Source of the DNA: a virus
Taxonomy: Duplodnaviria > Heunggongvirae > Uroviricota > Caudoviricetes
Reading direction: 5' to 3' (one strand)
Length of the DNA stretch: 13,805 bases
Virus record (IMG/VR): IMGVR_UViG_2703718840_000009
Coordinates: 1-13,805 of that record
Below are positions 1-8,358 of this stretch, one piece after another (position 1 is the stretch's first letter; each line of letters starts with the position of its first letter). The notes under the pieces are model-generated. The model was given only the letters and a program-made list of their open reading frames with translations. It searched no databases and was not told the DNA's origin. A program made the position numbers and the translations under genes.

Positions 1-585
1 CTATTCGATAATGGGTCCTGTTGGCCATTCAATATCCGGTGCAGTTGATGTATCAACACGGTTCAGCAACACCCGATACTTCTTCCAGGCTTCCAGCAAC
101 GAGTTTTCTTCCTCCGTTGCGATCTCCAGATCCACAGCATCCTGAAGCGGCGCTATATGCTCACTGGCTACCTGCATCAGGCTGTTTTTTGTTTCTTCCG
201 CCTCCCGGATCCGGAACAGTTTTTCTGCTTCCGTATCCTTCACCCAGGCTGTGCCGTTCCACTTCTGATATTCCCCTCCCGGCGACAACCAGGTAACATT
301 TTCCGGTAACGGACCGAGTTCAGAAATAAATAACGCGTCGCCGGAAGCCACGTCATAAACCGTTTTACCCCGATGGTCTTCAACGAGATGCCACGATGCC
401 TCATCACTGTTGAAAACGGCCACAAAGCCAGCAGGAATATCTGGCGGTGCAATATAGGTACTGTTTGCTGGCAGACCTGTATGAGGCGGAATATATGCAT
501 CACCTTCACCAATAAATTCATTAGTTCCGGCCAGCAGATTATAAATTTTTATGGTCCGTGGTTGTTCACTCATTCTGAATGCCAT
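1..585 (-). CDS. tfa: Tail fibre assembly protein Tfa
   Basis: 194-aa ORF ([24 protein letters not shown]...) matches lambda Tfa from memory. Stop codon is at 1-3; start overlaps the stf stop (ATGA). Confidence 0.9.
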   Translation of the reverse strand: MAFRMSEQPRTIKIYNLLAGTNEFIGEGDAYIPPHTGLPANSTYIAPPDIPAGFVAVFNSDEASWHLVEDHRGKTVYDVASGDALFISELGPLPENVTWLSPGGEYQKWNGTAWVKDTEAEKLFRIREAEETKNSLMQVASEHIAPLQDAVDLEIATEEENSLLEAWKKYRVLLNRVDTSTAPDIEWPTGPIIE

Positions 586-1481
586 TATGCAAGCCTCACA
601 ATATAGTTAAATGCGATGTTTTTGACGGTGTTTTCCGCGTTACCAGCAGCGTTAACGGTGATGGTGTGTCCATGTGAACCAATCGCAACCGAGTGCGTAT
701 GCGCACCAATACCGACAGTATGTGCGTGTGCACCTGCGCTTGCAGCAGTACCCGATACAGAGTGCGTATGAGCGCCTGCAGAAGAAGTGTTAACACTGTA
801 TTTAGAATAATCAGGTGATCCACTTCCCGGAGCACCACTGGAACCACCTGAAACAAATGTCATCGAATGGGTATGTGCACCGGCTGAAGCAGCCGTACCG
901 CTAACACTATGGGTATGCGCACCAGTGTTATTCGTGGATTTAGTGCCGTAATCAAACGACGATGTGGTTTTCGTCCCCAAATCCGTACTGGATACGCTGG
1001 CGCTGTGGGTGTGTGATTTAATGCCGTCCTGTTCCTGAGACAATACGGCTCGATCACTGGCGGGCTTGCCCTTAATCGTCCAGCCACGCATATCAGGGAT
1101 CACGCCTGACGGATAAGCGGCTGCAAGTTTCGGGTAAGCAGATTTGTCAAAAGTCTGCCCCTGCATCAGGGCATAACCAGACGGAACGGTATCTGATGGC
1201 CACGGGATTGGTGCACCGACTGGATAAAACTCTGCAGGAGGATGAGCCGAGGTGTAAAGCTGCGCCCACGGCGACCAGTTTGCGTCGGTCGTATCCCGTC
1301 GTGAACGAATAAATGCCGGAGCATGAGCACCGCTTGTACCACTCCAGCCGATGAGTAACTCACCTTCGCCAACGGCTGTCATCCCTTTCAGGTGAATGAT
1401 ATTTCCATACGCTGTTGGATATCCGTTGTTATACACCTCGTATAACTCAAGACCTGTTGCCCCCTGCGTATTGTCTGTCAA
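585..1481 (-). pseudogene. stf: Side tail fibre protein Stf, C-terminal fragment (~298 codons) truncated at a deletion junction
   Basis: His-rich GAHTHS repeats typical of the lambda Stf C-terminus. The frame stays open upstream into terminase A sequence with no native start; the ORF track start is a TTG. Confidence 0.8.
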
Positions 1482-1657
1482 CGCGGTTGAAAGGGCAGTG
1501 TTTCCCAGCGCCCTTCCTGGTATGCGGATTCTTTCGGGAGATAGTAATTAGCATCCGCCCATTCAACGGCGGTCTGTGGCTCCGGCCTGAACAGTGAGCG
1601 AAGCCCGGCGCGGACAAAATGCCGCAGCCTGTTAACCTGACTGTTCGATATATTCAC
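1478..1657 (-). pseudogene. A: Terminase large subunit A, N-terminal ~57-codon remnant ending at the deletion junction
   Basis: Reverse complement reads [59 protein letters not shown], then departs from lambda A and hits TGA. Start overlaps the nu1 end as in lambda. Confidence 0.75.
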
Positions 1658-2177
1658 TCAGCAACCCCGGTATCAGTTCATCCAGCGCGGCTGCTTTGTT
1701 CATGGCTTTGATAATATCCCGTTTCAGGAAATCAACATGTCGGTTTTCCAGTTCCGGAAAACGCCGCTGCACCGACAGGGGGAGCCCGTCGAGAATACTG
1801 GCAATTTCACCTGCGATCCGCGACAACACGAAAGTACAGAATGCGGTTTCCACCACTTCAGCGGAGTCTCTGGCATTCTTCAGTTCCTGTGCGTCGGCCT
1901 GCGCACGCGTAAGTCGATGGCGTTCGTACTCAATAGTTCCTGGCTGGAGATCTGCCTCGCTGGCCTGCCGCAGTTCTTCAACCTCCCGGCGCAGCTTTTC
2001 GTTCTCAATTTCAGCATCCCTTTCGGCATACCATTTTATGACGGCGGCAGAGTCATAAAGCACCTCATTACCCTTGCCACCGCCTCGCAGAACGGGCATT
2101 CCCTGTTCCTGCCAGTTCTGAATGGTACGGATACTCGCACCGAAAATGTCAGCCAGCTGCTTTTTGTTGACTTCCAT
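1632..2177 (-). CDS. nu1: Terminase small subunit Nu1
   Basis: 181-aa ORF (MEVNKKQLADIFGASIRTIQNWQEQGMPVLRGGGKGNEVLYDSAAV...) matches lambda Nu1 from memory, with an N-terminal HTH. Confidence 0.92.
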   Translation of the reverse strand: MEVNKKQLADIFGASIRTIQNWQEQGMPVLRGGGKGNEVLYDSAAVIKWYAERDAEIENEKLRREVEELRQASEADLQPGTIEYERHRLTRAQADAQELKNARDSAEVVETAFCTFVLSRIAGEIASILDGLPLSVQRRFPELENRHVDFLKRDIIKAMNKAAALDELIPGLLSEYIEQSG

Positions 2178-2189
2178 TGTTCATTCCAC

Positions 2190-2400
2190 GGACAAAAACA
2201 GAGAAAGGAAACGACAGAGGCCAAAAAGCTCGCTTTCAGCACCTGTCGTTTCCTTTCTTTTCAGAGGGTATTTTAAATAAAAACATTAAGTTATGACGAA
2301 GAAGAACGGAAACGCCTTAAACCGGAAATTTTTCATAAATAGCGAAAACCCGCGAGGTCGCCGCCCCGTAACCTGTCGGATCACCGGAAAGGACCCGTAA
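2190..2400 (-). other. cos: Annealed cos site (cosB-cosN-cosQ); 12-nt cohesive-end sequence at about 2355-2366
   Basis: Plus strand 2341-2366 (agcgaaaacccgcgaggtcgccgccc) is the reverse complement of the lambda left end GGGCGGCGACCTCGCGGGTTTTCGCT. It is followed directly by cgtaacctgtcgg, the reverse complement of the lambda right end. Confidence 0.85.
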
Positions 2401-2565
2401 AGTGATAATGATTATCATCTACATATCACAACGTGCGTGGAGGCCATCAAACCACGTCAAATAATCAATTATGACGCAGGTATCGTATTAATTGATCTGC
2501 ATCAACTTAACGTAAAAACAACTTCAGACAATACAAATCAGCGACACTGAATACGGGGCAACCTC

Positions 2566-2760
2566 ATGTCAACGAAGAACAGAACCCGCAGAACAACAAC
2601 CCGCAACATCCGCTTTCCTAACCAAATGATTGAACAAATTAACATCGCTCTTGAGCAAAAAGGGTCCGGGAATTTCTCAGCCTGGGTCATTGAAGCCTGC
2701 CGTCGGAGACTAACGTCAGAAAAGAGAGCATATACATCAATTAAAAGTGATGAAGAATGA
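2566..2760 (+). CDS. Hypothetical small protein with a possible ribbon-helix-helix (Arc/CopG-like) fold
   Basis: 64-aa ORF starting in right-end lambda sequence (catgaggttgccccg). Basic N-terminus then a strand-helix-helix pattern (RNIRFPNQMIEQINIALEQKGSGNFSAWVIEACRRRL). No convincing RBS seen. Confidence 0.35.
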   Translation: MSTKNRTRRTTTRNIRFPNQMIEQINIALEQKGSGNFSAWVIEACRRRLTSEKRAYTSIKSDEE

Positions 2761-2924
2761 ACATCCCGCGTTCTTCCCTCCGAACAGGACGATATTGTAA
2801 ATTCACTTAATTACGAGGGCATTGCAGTAATTGAGTTGCAGTTTTACCACTTTCCTGACAGTGACAGACTGCGTGTTGGCTCTGTCACAGACTAAATAGT
2901 TTGAATGATTAGCAGTTATGGTGA

Positions 2925-3131
2925 TCAGTCAACCACCAGGGAATAATCCTTCATATTATTATCGTGCTTCACCAACGCTGCCTCAATTGCTCTGAATGCT
3001 TCCAGAGACACCTTATGTTCTATACATGCAATTACAACATCAGGGTAACTCATAGAAATGGTGCTATTAAGCATATTTTTTACACGAATCAGATCCACGG
3101 AGGGATCATCAGCAGATTGTTCTTTATTCAT
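2925..3131 (-). CDS. Hypothetical 68-aa protein of the lambda right arm
   Basis: ORF in a visibly AT-rich block at the position of a small ORF I recall near the lambda right end. Confidence 0.5.
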
Positions 3132-3293
3132 TTTGTCGCTCCATGCGCTTGCTCTTCATCTAGCGGTTAAAATATTACTTCAAATCTTTCTGTATGAAGA
3201 TTTGAGCACGTTGGCCTTACATACATCTGTCGGTTGTATTTCCCTCCAGAATGCCAGCAGGACCGCACTTTGTTAAGCAACCAATACTATTAA

Positions 3294-3827
3294 GTGAAAA
3301 CATTCCTAATATTTGACATAAATCATCAACAAAACACAAGGAGGTCAGACCAGATTGAAACGATAAAAACGATAATGCAAACTACGCGCCCTCGTATCAC
3401 ATGGAAGGTTTTACCAATGGCTCAGGTTGCCATTTTTAAAGAAATATTCGATCAAGTGCGAAAAGATTTAGACTGTGAATTGTTTTATTCTGAACTAAAA
3501 CGTCACAACGTCTCACATTATATTTACTATCTAGCCACAGATAATATTCACATCGTGTTAGAAAACGATAACACCGTGTTAATAAAAGGACTTAAAAAGG
3601 TTGTAAATGTTAAATTCTCAAGAAACACGCATCTTATAGAAACGTCCTATGATAGGTTGAAATCAAGAGAAATCACATTTCAGCAATACAGGGAAAATCT
3701 TGCTAAAGCAGGAGTTTTCCGATGGGTTACAAATATCCATGAACATAAAAGATATTACTATACCTTTGATAATTCATTACTATTTACTGAGAGCATTCAG
3801 AACACTACACAAATCTTTCCACGCTAA
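3294..3827 (+). CDS. Hypothetical 177-aa protein of the lambda right arm (true start may be an internal Met)
   Basis: Long ORF in the AT-rich block between cos and bor; an aggaggt RBS-like motif lies inside the 5' end, suggesting a later start. Confidence 0.5.
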   Translation: MKTFLIFDINHQQNTRRSDQIETIKTIMQTTRPRITWKVLPMAQVAIFKEIFDQVRKDLDCELFYSELKRHNVSHYIYYLATDNIHIVLENDNTVLIKGLKKVVNVKFSRNTHLIETSYDRLKSREITFQQYRENLAKAGVFRWVTNIHEHKRYYYTFDNSLLFTESIQNTTQIFPR

Positions 3828-4116
3828 ATCATAACGTCCGGTTTCTTCCGTGTCAGCACCGGGGCGTTGGCATAATGCAATACGTGTACGCGCTAAACCC
3901 TGTGTGCATCGTTTTAATTATTCCCGGACACTCCCGCAGAGAAGTTCCCCGTCAGGGCTGTGGACATAGTTAATCCGGGAATACAATGACGATTCATCGC
4001 ACCTGACATACATTAATAAATATTAACAATATGAAATTTCAACTCATTGTTTAGGGTTTGTTTAATTTTCTACACATACGATTCTGCGAACTTCAAAAAG
4101 CATCGGGAATAACACC

Positions 4117-4410
4117 ATGAAAAAAATGCTACTCGCTACTGCGCTGGCCCTGCTTATTACAGGATGTGCTCAACAGACGTTTACTGTTCAAAACAAACCG
4201 GCAGCAGTAGCACCAAAGGAAACCATCACCCATCATTTCTTCGTTTCTGGAATTGGGCAGAAGAAAACTGTCGATGCAGCCAAAATTTGTGGCGGCGCAG
4301 AAAATGTTGTTAAAACAGAAACCCAGCAAACATTCGTAAATGGATTGCTCGGTTTTATTACTTTAGGCATTTATACTCCGCTGGAAGCGCGTGTGTATTG
4401 CTCACAATAA
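4117..4410 (+). CDS. bor: Bor lipoprotein (serum-resistance, Iss-like)
   Basis: 97-aa ORF with signal peptide and lipobox (MKKMLLATALALLITGCAQQ), matching lambda Bor from memory. Opposite orientation to the lysis genes, as in lambda. Confidence 0.9.
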   Translation: MKKMLLATALALLITGCAQQTFTVQNKPAAVAPKETITHHFFVSGIGQKKTVDAAKICGGAENVVKTETQQTFVNGLLGFITLGIYTPLEARVYCSQ

Positions 4411-4441
4411 TTGCATGAGTTGCCCATCGATATGGGCAACT

Positions 4442-4903
4442 CTATCTGCACTGCTCATTAATATACTTCTGGGTTCCTTCCAGTTGTTTTTGCATAGTGA
4501 TCAGCCTCTCTCTGAGGGTGAAATAATCCCGTTCAGCGGTGTCTGCCAGTCGGGGGGAGGCTGCATTATCCACGCCGGAGGCGGTGGTGGCTTCACGCAC
4601 TGACTGACAGACTGCTTTGATGTGCAACCGACGACGACCAGCGGCAACATCATCACGCAGAGCATCATTTTCAGCTTTAGCATCAGCTAACTCCTTCGTG
4701 TATTTTGCATCGAGCGCAGCAACATCACGCTGACGCATCTGCATGTCAGTAATTGCCGCGTTCGCCAGCTTCAGTTCTCTGGCATTTTTGTCGCGCTGGG
4801 CTTTGTAGGTAATGGCGTTATCACGGTAATGATTAACAGCCCATGACAGGCAGACGATGATGCAGATAACCAGAGCGGAGATAATCGCGGTGACTCTGCT
4901 CAT
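4442..4903 (-). CDS. Rz: Spanin inner-membrane subunit Rz
   Basis: 153-aa ORF with N-terminal TM segment and coiled-coil body; matches lambda Rz from memory. Confidence 0.9.
   Translation of the reverse strand: MSRVTAIISALVICIIVCLSWAVNHYRDNAITYKAQRDKNARELKLANAAITDMQMRQRDVAALDAKYTKELADAKAENDALRDDVAAGRRRLHIKAVCQSVREATTASGVDNAASPRLADTAERDYFTLRERLITMQKQLEGTQKYINEQCR
4501..4683 (-). CDS. Rz1: Spanin outer-membrane lipoprotein Rz1, nested in the +1 frame of Rz
   Basis: 60-aa ORF inside Rz with lipobox (VVVGCTS) and a proline-rich stretch ([15 protein letters not shown]). Confidence 0.85.
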   Translation of the reverse strand: MLKLKMMLCVMMLPLVVVGCTSKQSVSQCVKPPPPPAWIMQPPPDWQTPLNGIISPSERG

Positions 4904-5376
4904 ACATCAATCTCTCTGACCGTTCCGCCCGCTTCTTTGAATTTTGCAATCAGGCTGTCAGCCTTATGCTCGAACTGACCATAACCAGCGCCCGGCAGTG
5001 AAGCCCAGATATTGCTGCAACGGTCGATTGCCTGACGGATATCACCACGATCAATCATAGGTAAAGCGCCACGCTCCTTAATCTGCTGCAATGCCACAGC
5101 GTCCTGACTTTTCGGAGAGAAGTCTTTCAGGCCAAGCTGCTTGCGGTAGGCATCCCACCAACGGGAAAGAAGCTGGTAGCGTCCGGCGCCTGTTGATTTG
5201 AGTTTTGGGTTTAGCGTGACAAGTTTGCGAGGGTGATCGGAGTAATCAGTGAATAGCTCTCCGCCTACAATGACGTCATAACCATGATTTCTGGTTTTCT
5301 GACGTCCGTTATCAGTTCCCTCCGACCACGCCAGCATATCGAGGAACGCCTTACGTTGATTATTGATTTCTACCAT
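4900..5376 (-). CDS. R: Endolysin R (lytic transglycosylase)
   Basis: 158-aa ORF ([35 protein letters not shown]...) matches lambda R from memory; overlaps the Rz start. Confidence 0.95.
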   Translation of the reverse strand: MVEINNQRKAFLDMLAWSEGTDNGRQKTRNHGYDVIVGGELFTDYSDHPRKLVTLNPKLKSTGAGRYQLLSRWWDAYRKQLGLKDFSPKSQDAVALQQIKERGALPMIDRGDIRQAIDRCSNIWASLPGAGYGQFEHKADSLIAKFKEAGGTVREIDV

Positions 5377-5683
5377 CTTCTACTCCGGCTTTTTTAGCAG
5401 CGAAGCGTTTGATAAGCGAACCAATCGAGTCAGTACCGATGTAGCCGATAAACACGCTCGTTATATAAGCGAGATTGCTACTTAGTCCGGCGAAGTCGAG
5501 AAGGTCACGAATGAACCAGGCGATAATGGCGCACATCGTTGCGTCGATTACTGTTTTTGTAAACGCACCGCCATTATATCTGCCGCGAAGGTACGCCATT
5601 GCAAACGCAAGGATTGCCCCGATGCCTTGTTCCTTTGCCGCGAGAATGGCGGCCAACAGGTCATGTTTTTCTGGCATCTTCAT
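5360..5683 (-). CDS. S: Holin/antiholin S (S107/S105 dual start)
   Basis: 107-aa ORF beginning [32 protein letters not shown] with the Met1-Lys2-Met3 dual-start motif and three TM segments. Confidence 0.95.
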   Translation of the reverse strand: MKMPEKHDLLAAILAAKEQGIGAILAFAMAYLRGRYNGGAFTKTVIDATMCAIIAWFIRDLLDFAGLSSNLAYITSVFIGYIGTDSIGSLIKRFAAKKAGVEDGRNQ

Positions 5684-6088
5684 GTCTTACCCCCAATAAG
5701 GGGATTTGCTCTATTTAATTAGGAATAAGGTCGATTACTGATAGAACAAATCCAGGCTACTGTGTTTAGTAATCAGATTTGTTCGTGACCGATATGCACG
5801 GGCAAAACGGCAGGAGGTTGTTAGCGCGACCTCCTGCCACCCGCTTTCACGAAGGTCATGTGTAAAAGGCCGCAGCGTAACTATTACTAATGAATTCAGG
5901 ACAGACAGTGGCTACGGCTCAGTTTGGGTTGTGCTGTTGCTGGGCGGCGATGACGCCTGTACGCATTTGGTGATCCGGTTCTGCTTCCGGTATTCGCTTA
6001 ATTCAGCACAACGGAAAGAGCACTGGCTAACCAGGCTCGCCGACTCTTCACGATTATCGACTCAATGCTCTTACCTGTTGTGCAGATA

Positions 6089-6145
6089 TAAAAAATCCCG
6101 AAACCGTTATGCAGGCTCTAACTATTACCTGCGAACTGTTTCGGG
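6089..6145 (-). terminator. tR' intrinsic terminator of the 6S transcript
   Basis: On the minus strand, cccgaaac ... gtttcggg stem followed by a U-run (reverse complement of plus-strand 6089-6145). Confidence 0.7.
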
Positions 6146-6282
6146 ATTGCATTTTGCAGACCTCTCTGCCTGCGATGGTTGGAGTTCCAGACGATACGTC
6201 GAAGTGACCAACTAGGCGGAATCGGTAGTAAGCGCCGCCTCTTTTCATCTCACTACCACAACGAGCGAATTAACCCATCGTT
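6089..6282 (-). ncRNA. Lambda 6S RNA (short pR' transcript terminated at tR')
   Basis: Interval between the inferred pR' start and tR'; the sequence matches the lambda pR'-tR' region from memory. The TSS position is approximate. Confidence 0.55.
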
Positions 6283-6320
6283 GAGTCAAATTTACCCAAT
6301 TTTATTCAATAAGTCAATAT
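6283..6320 (-). promoter_or_regulatory. Late promoter pR' with overlapping qut site
   Basis: Minus strand reads TTGACT (-35), 17-nt spacer, TAAATT (-10), as in lambda (ttgacttattgaataaaattgggtaaatttgactcaacgatgg). Confidence 0.65.
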
Positions 6321-6359
6321 CATGCCGTTAATATGTTACCATCCGTGGCAATCATGCTG

Positions 6360-6752
6360 CTAACGTGTGACCGCATTCAAAATGTTGTCTGCGATTGACT
6401 CTTCTTTGTGGCATTGCACCACCAGAGCGTCATACAGCGGCTTAACAGTGCGTGACCAGGTGGGTTGGGTAAGGTTTGGGATTAGCATCGTCACAGCGCG
6501 ATATGCTGCGCTTGCTGGCATCCTTGAATAGCCGACGCCTTTGCATCTTCCGCACTCTTTCTCGACAACTCTCCCCCACAGCTCTGTTTTGGCAATATCA
6601 ACCGCACGGCCTGTACCATGGCAATCTCTGCATCTTGCCCCCGGCGTCGCGGCACTACGGCAATAATCCGCATAAGCGAATGTTGCGAGCACTTGCAGTA
6701 CCTTTGCCTTAGTATTTCCTTCAAGCTTTGCCACACCACGGTATTTCCCCGA
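6360..6752 (-). pseudogene. Q: Antiterminator Q, C-terminal fragment only (~130 codons)
   Basis: C-terminus (SGKYRGVAKLEGNTKAKVLQ ... HKEESIADNILNAVTR) matches lambda Q. The ORF-track extension to 7019 is antisense to bet/exo, so the Q N-terminus is absent. Confidence 0.8.
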
Positions 6753-6948
6753 TAACGATGAAACCATGCAGGAGATTAACACTCTGCTGATCGCCCTGGA
6801 TAAAACATGGGATGACGACTTATTGCCGCTCTGTTCCCAGATATTTCGCCGCGACATTCGTGCATCGTCAGAACTGACACAGGCCGAAGCAGTGAAAGCT
6901 CTTGGATTCCTGAAACAAAAAGCCACTGAGCAGAAGGTGGCAGCATGA
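6748..6948 (+). pseudogene. bet: Bet single-strand annealing protein, C-terminal ~66-codon remnant
   Basis: Reads (PD)[64 protein letters not shown], the lambda Bet C-terminus; stop overlaps the exo start (ATGA). Confidence 0.8.
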
Positions 6949-7625
6949 CACCGGACATTATCCTGCAGCGTACCGGGATCGACGTGAGAGCTGTCGAACA
7001 GGGGGATGATGCATGGCACAAATTACGGCTCGGCGTCATCACCGCTTCAGAAGTTCACAACGTGATAGCAAAGCCCCGCTCAGGAAAGAAGTGGCCTGAC
7101 ATGAAAATGTCCTACTTCCACACCCTGCTTGCCGAGGTTTGCACCGGTGTGGCTCCGGAAGTTAACGCTAAAGCACTGGCCTGGGGAAAACAGTACGAGA
7201 ACGACGCCAGAACCCTGTTTGAGTTCACTTCCGGCGTGAATGTTATTGAATCCCCGATCATCTATCGCGACGAAAGTATGCGTACCGCCTGCTCTCCCGA
7301 TGGTTTATGCAGTGACGGCAATGGCCTTGAGCTGAAATGCCCGTTTACCTCCCGGGATTTCATGAAGTTCCGGCTCGGTGGTTTCGAGGCCATAAAATCG
7401 GCTTACATGGCCCAGGTGCAGTACAGCATGTGGGTGACACGAAAAGATGCCTGGTACTTTGCCAACTATGACCCACGTATGAAGCGTGAAGGACTGCATT
7501 ATGTCGTGGTTGAGCGGGATGAAAAGTACATGGCGAGTTTTGACGAGATGGTGCCGGAGTTCATCGAAAAAATGGACGAGGCACTGGCTGAAATTGGTTT
7601 TGTATTTGGGGAGCAATGGCGATGA
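6945..7625 (+). CDS. exo: Lambda exonuclease (Red alpha)
   Basis: 226-aa ORF ([40 protein letters not shown]...) matches lambda Exo from memory. Confidence 0.95.
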   Translation: MTPDIILQRTGIDVRAVEQGDDAWHKLRLGVITASEVHNVIAKPRSGKKWPDMKMSYFHTLLAEVCTGVAPEVNAKALAWGKQYENDARTLFEFTSGVNVIESPIIYRDESMRTACSPDGLCSDGNGLELKCPFTSRDFMKFRLGGFEAIKSAYMAQVQYSMWVTRKDAWYFANYDPRMKREGLHYVVVERDEKYMASFDEMVPEFIEKMDEALAEIGFVFGEQWR

Positions 7626-7804
7626 AGCATCCTCACGATAATATCCGGGTAGGTGCGATCACTTTCGTCTACTCCGTTACAAAGCGAGGCTGGGTATTTC
7701 CCGGCCTTTCTGTTATCAGAAATCCCCTGAAAGCACAGCGGCTGGCTGAGGAGATAAATAATAAACGGGGAGCTGTATGCACAAAGCATCTCCCGTTGAG
7801 TTAA
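7616..7804 (+). CDS. Small hypothetical protein (lambda orf60a-like); start may be the ATG at 7622
   Basis: Small ORF immediately after exo, overlapping its stop, as in the lambda pL operon. Confidence 0.6.
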   Translation: MAMKHPHDNIRVGAITFVYSVTKRGWVFPGLSVIRNPLKAQRLAEEINNKRGAVCTKHLPLS

Positions 7805-7968
7805 GAACGAGTATCGAGATGGCACATAGCCTCGCTCAAATTGGAGTCAGGTTTGTGCCAATACCAGTAGAAACAGACGAAGAATTTCATACGTTAGCCG
7901 CATCCCTTTCACAAAAGCTGGAAATGATGGTGGCGAAAGCAGAAGCAGATGAGAGAGACCAGGTATGA
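7777..7968 (+). CDS. Small hypothetical protein (lambda orf63-like)
   Basis: 63-aa ORF overlapping the neighbouring ORFs, in the same order as lambda. Confidence 0.6.
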   Translation: MHKASPVELRTSIEMAHSLAQIGVRFVPIPVETDEEFHTLAASLSQKLEMMVAKAEADERDQV

Positions 7969-8044
7969 CAACCACTGAATGTATTTTTCTGGCAGCGGGC
8001 TTCATATTCTGTGTGCTTATGCTTGCCGACATGGGGCTTGTTCA

Positions 8045-8260
8045 ATGACACCTCAGCAAGAAAACGCCCTTCGCAGCATTGCCCGTCAGGCTAATTCTGA
8101 AATCAAAAAAGCCAGACAGCAGTTTCCGGATAAAAACGTCGATGACATTTGCCGTAGCGTACTGAAGAAGCACCGCGAAACGGTAACGCTGATGGGATTC
8201 ACACCGACTCATTTAAGCCTGGCAATCGGCATGTTAAACGGCGTCTTTAAGGAACGATGA
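8045..8260 (+). CDS. Small hypothetical protein (lambda orf61-region); ORF track extends it upstream to 7979
   Basis: Internal ATG at 8045 gives MTPQQENALRSIARQANSEIKKARQQFPDKNVDD...; no recognisable domain. Confidence 0.45.
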   Translation: MTPQQENALRSIARQANSEIKKARQQFPDKNVDDICRSVLKKHRETVTLMGFTPTHLSLAIGMLNGVFKER

Positions 8261-8358
8261 ACATGAAAAGCAAAATTATCAGGGAGCTACAGGCTCCTTT
8301 TTTATTGCTCGCATTTACCCCCAAGCGTATTAACCAACAATTCAGGGATTAATGGAAG

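Noticed and set aside
21-606. Plus-strand and alternative-frame ORFs overlapping tfa (21-296, 240-521, 373-606)
   Set aside because: Antisense or off-frame to a confidently identified Tfa gene.
660-930. Possible CRISPR-like or tandem repeat array
   Set aside because: The repeats are imperfect and in-frame coding repeats of the Stf GAHTHS motif, with no spacer/repeat periodicity.
596-1372. Minus-strand ORFs 596-856, 860-1087 and 1166-1372 inside stf
   Set aside because: Alternative frames of the stf fragment kept open by its repetitive composition; no starts with RBS and no independent support.
1696-2276. Plus-strand ORFs 1696-2058 and 1737-2276, and minus-strand 2036-2242
   Set aside because: Antisense to nu1 or inside cosB; no RBS and implausible composition.
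4129-4603. ORFs 4129-4329 (minus) and 4391-4603 (plus)
   Set aside because: Antisense to bor and to Rz/Rz1 respectively.
5475-6248. ORFs 5475-5699, 5931-6215 and 6054-6248
   Set aside because: Antisense to S or lying in the pR'-6S-tR' leader, which is known non-coding sequence in lambda.
6721-6732. aagctt site 20 bp from the Q/bet junction as evidence of an engineered deletion
   Set aside because: The junction is not at the site and no other cloning scars or vector sequences are visible, so a spontaneous deletion is more likely.
6753-7019. N-terminal 90 codons of the 219-aa minus-strand ORF (6360-7019) as an alternative Q N-terminal domain
   Set aside because: This stretch is the antisense of bet' and the start of exo. 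The Q match begins only at about 6752, so the extension is an artefact of the deletion junction.
6476-7042. ORFs 6476-6712, 6491-6739 and 6776-7042
   Set aside because: Alternative frames within the Q fragment or antisense to bet/exo.
7305-8032. Minus-strand ORFs 7305-7616, 7499-7825 and 7847-8032
   Set aside because: Antisense to exo and the small early ORFs; the whole block is transcribed rightward in this orientation.
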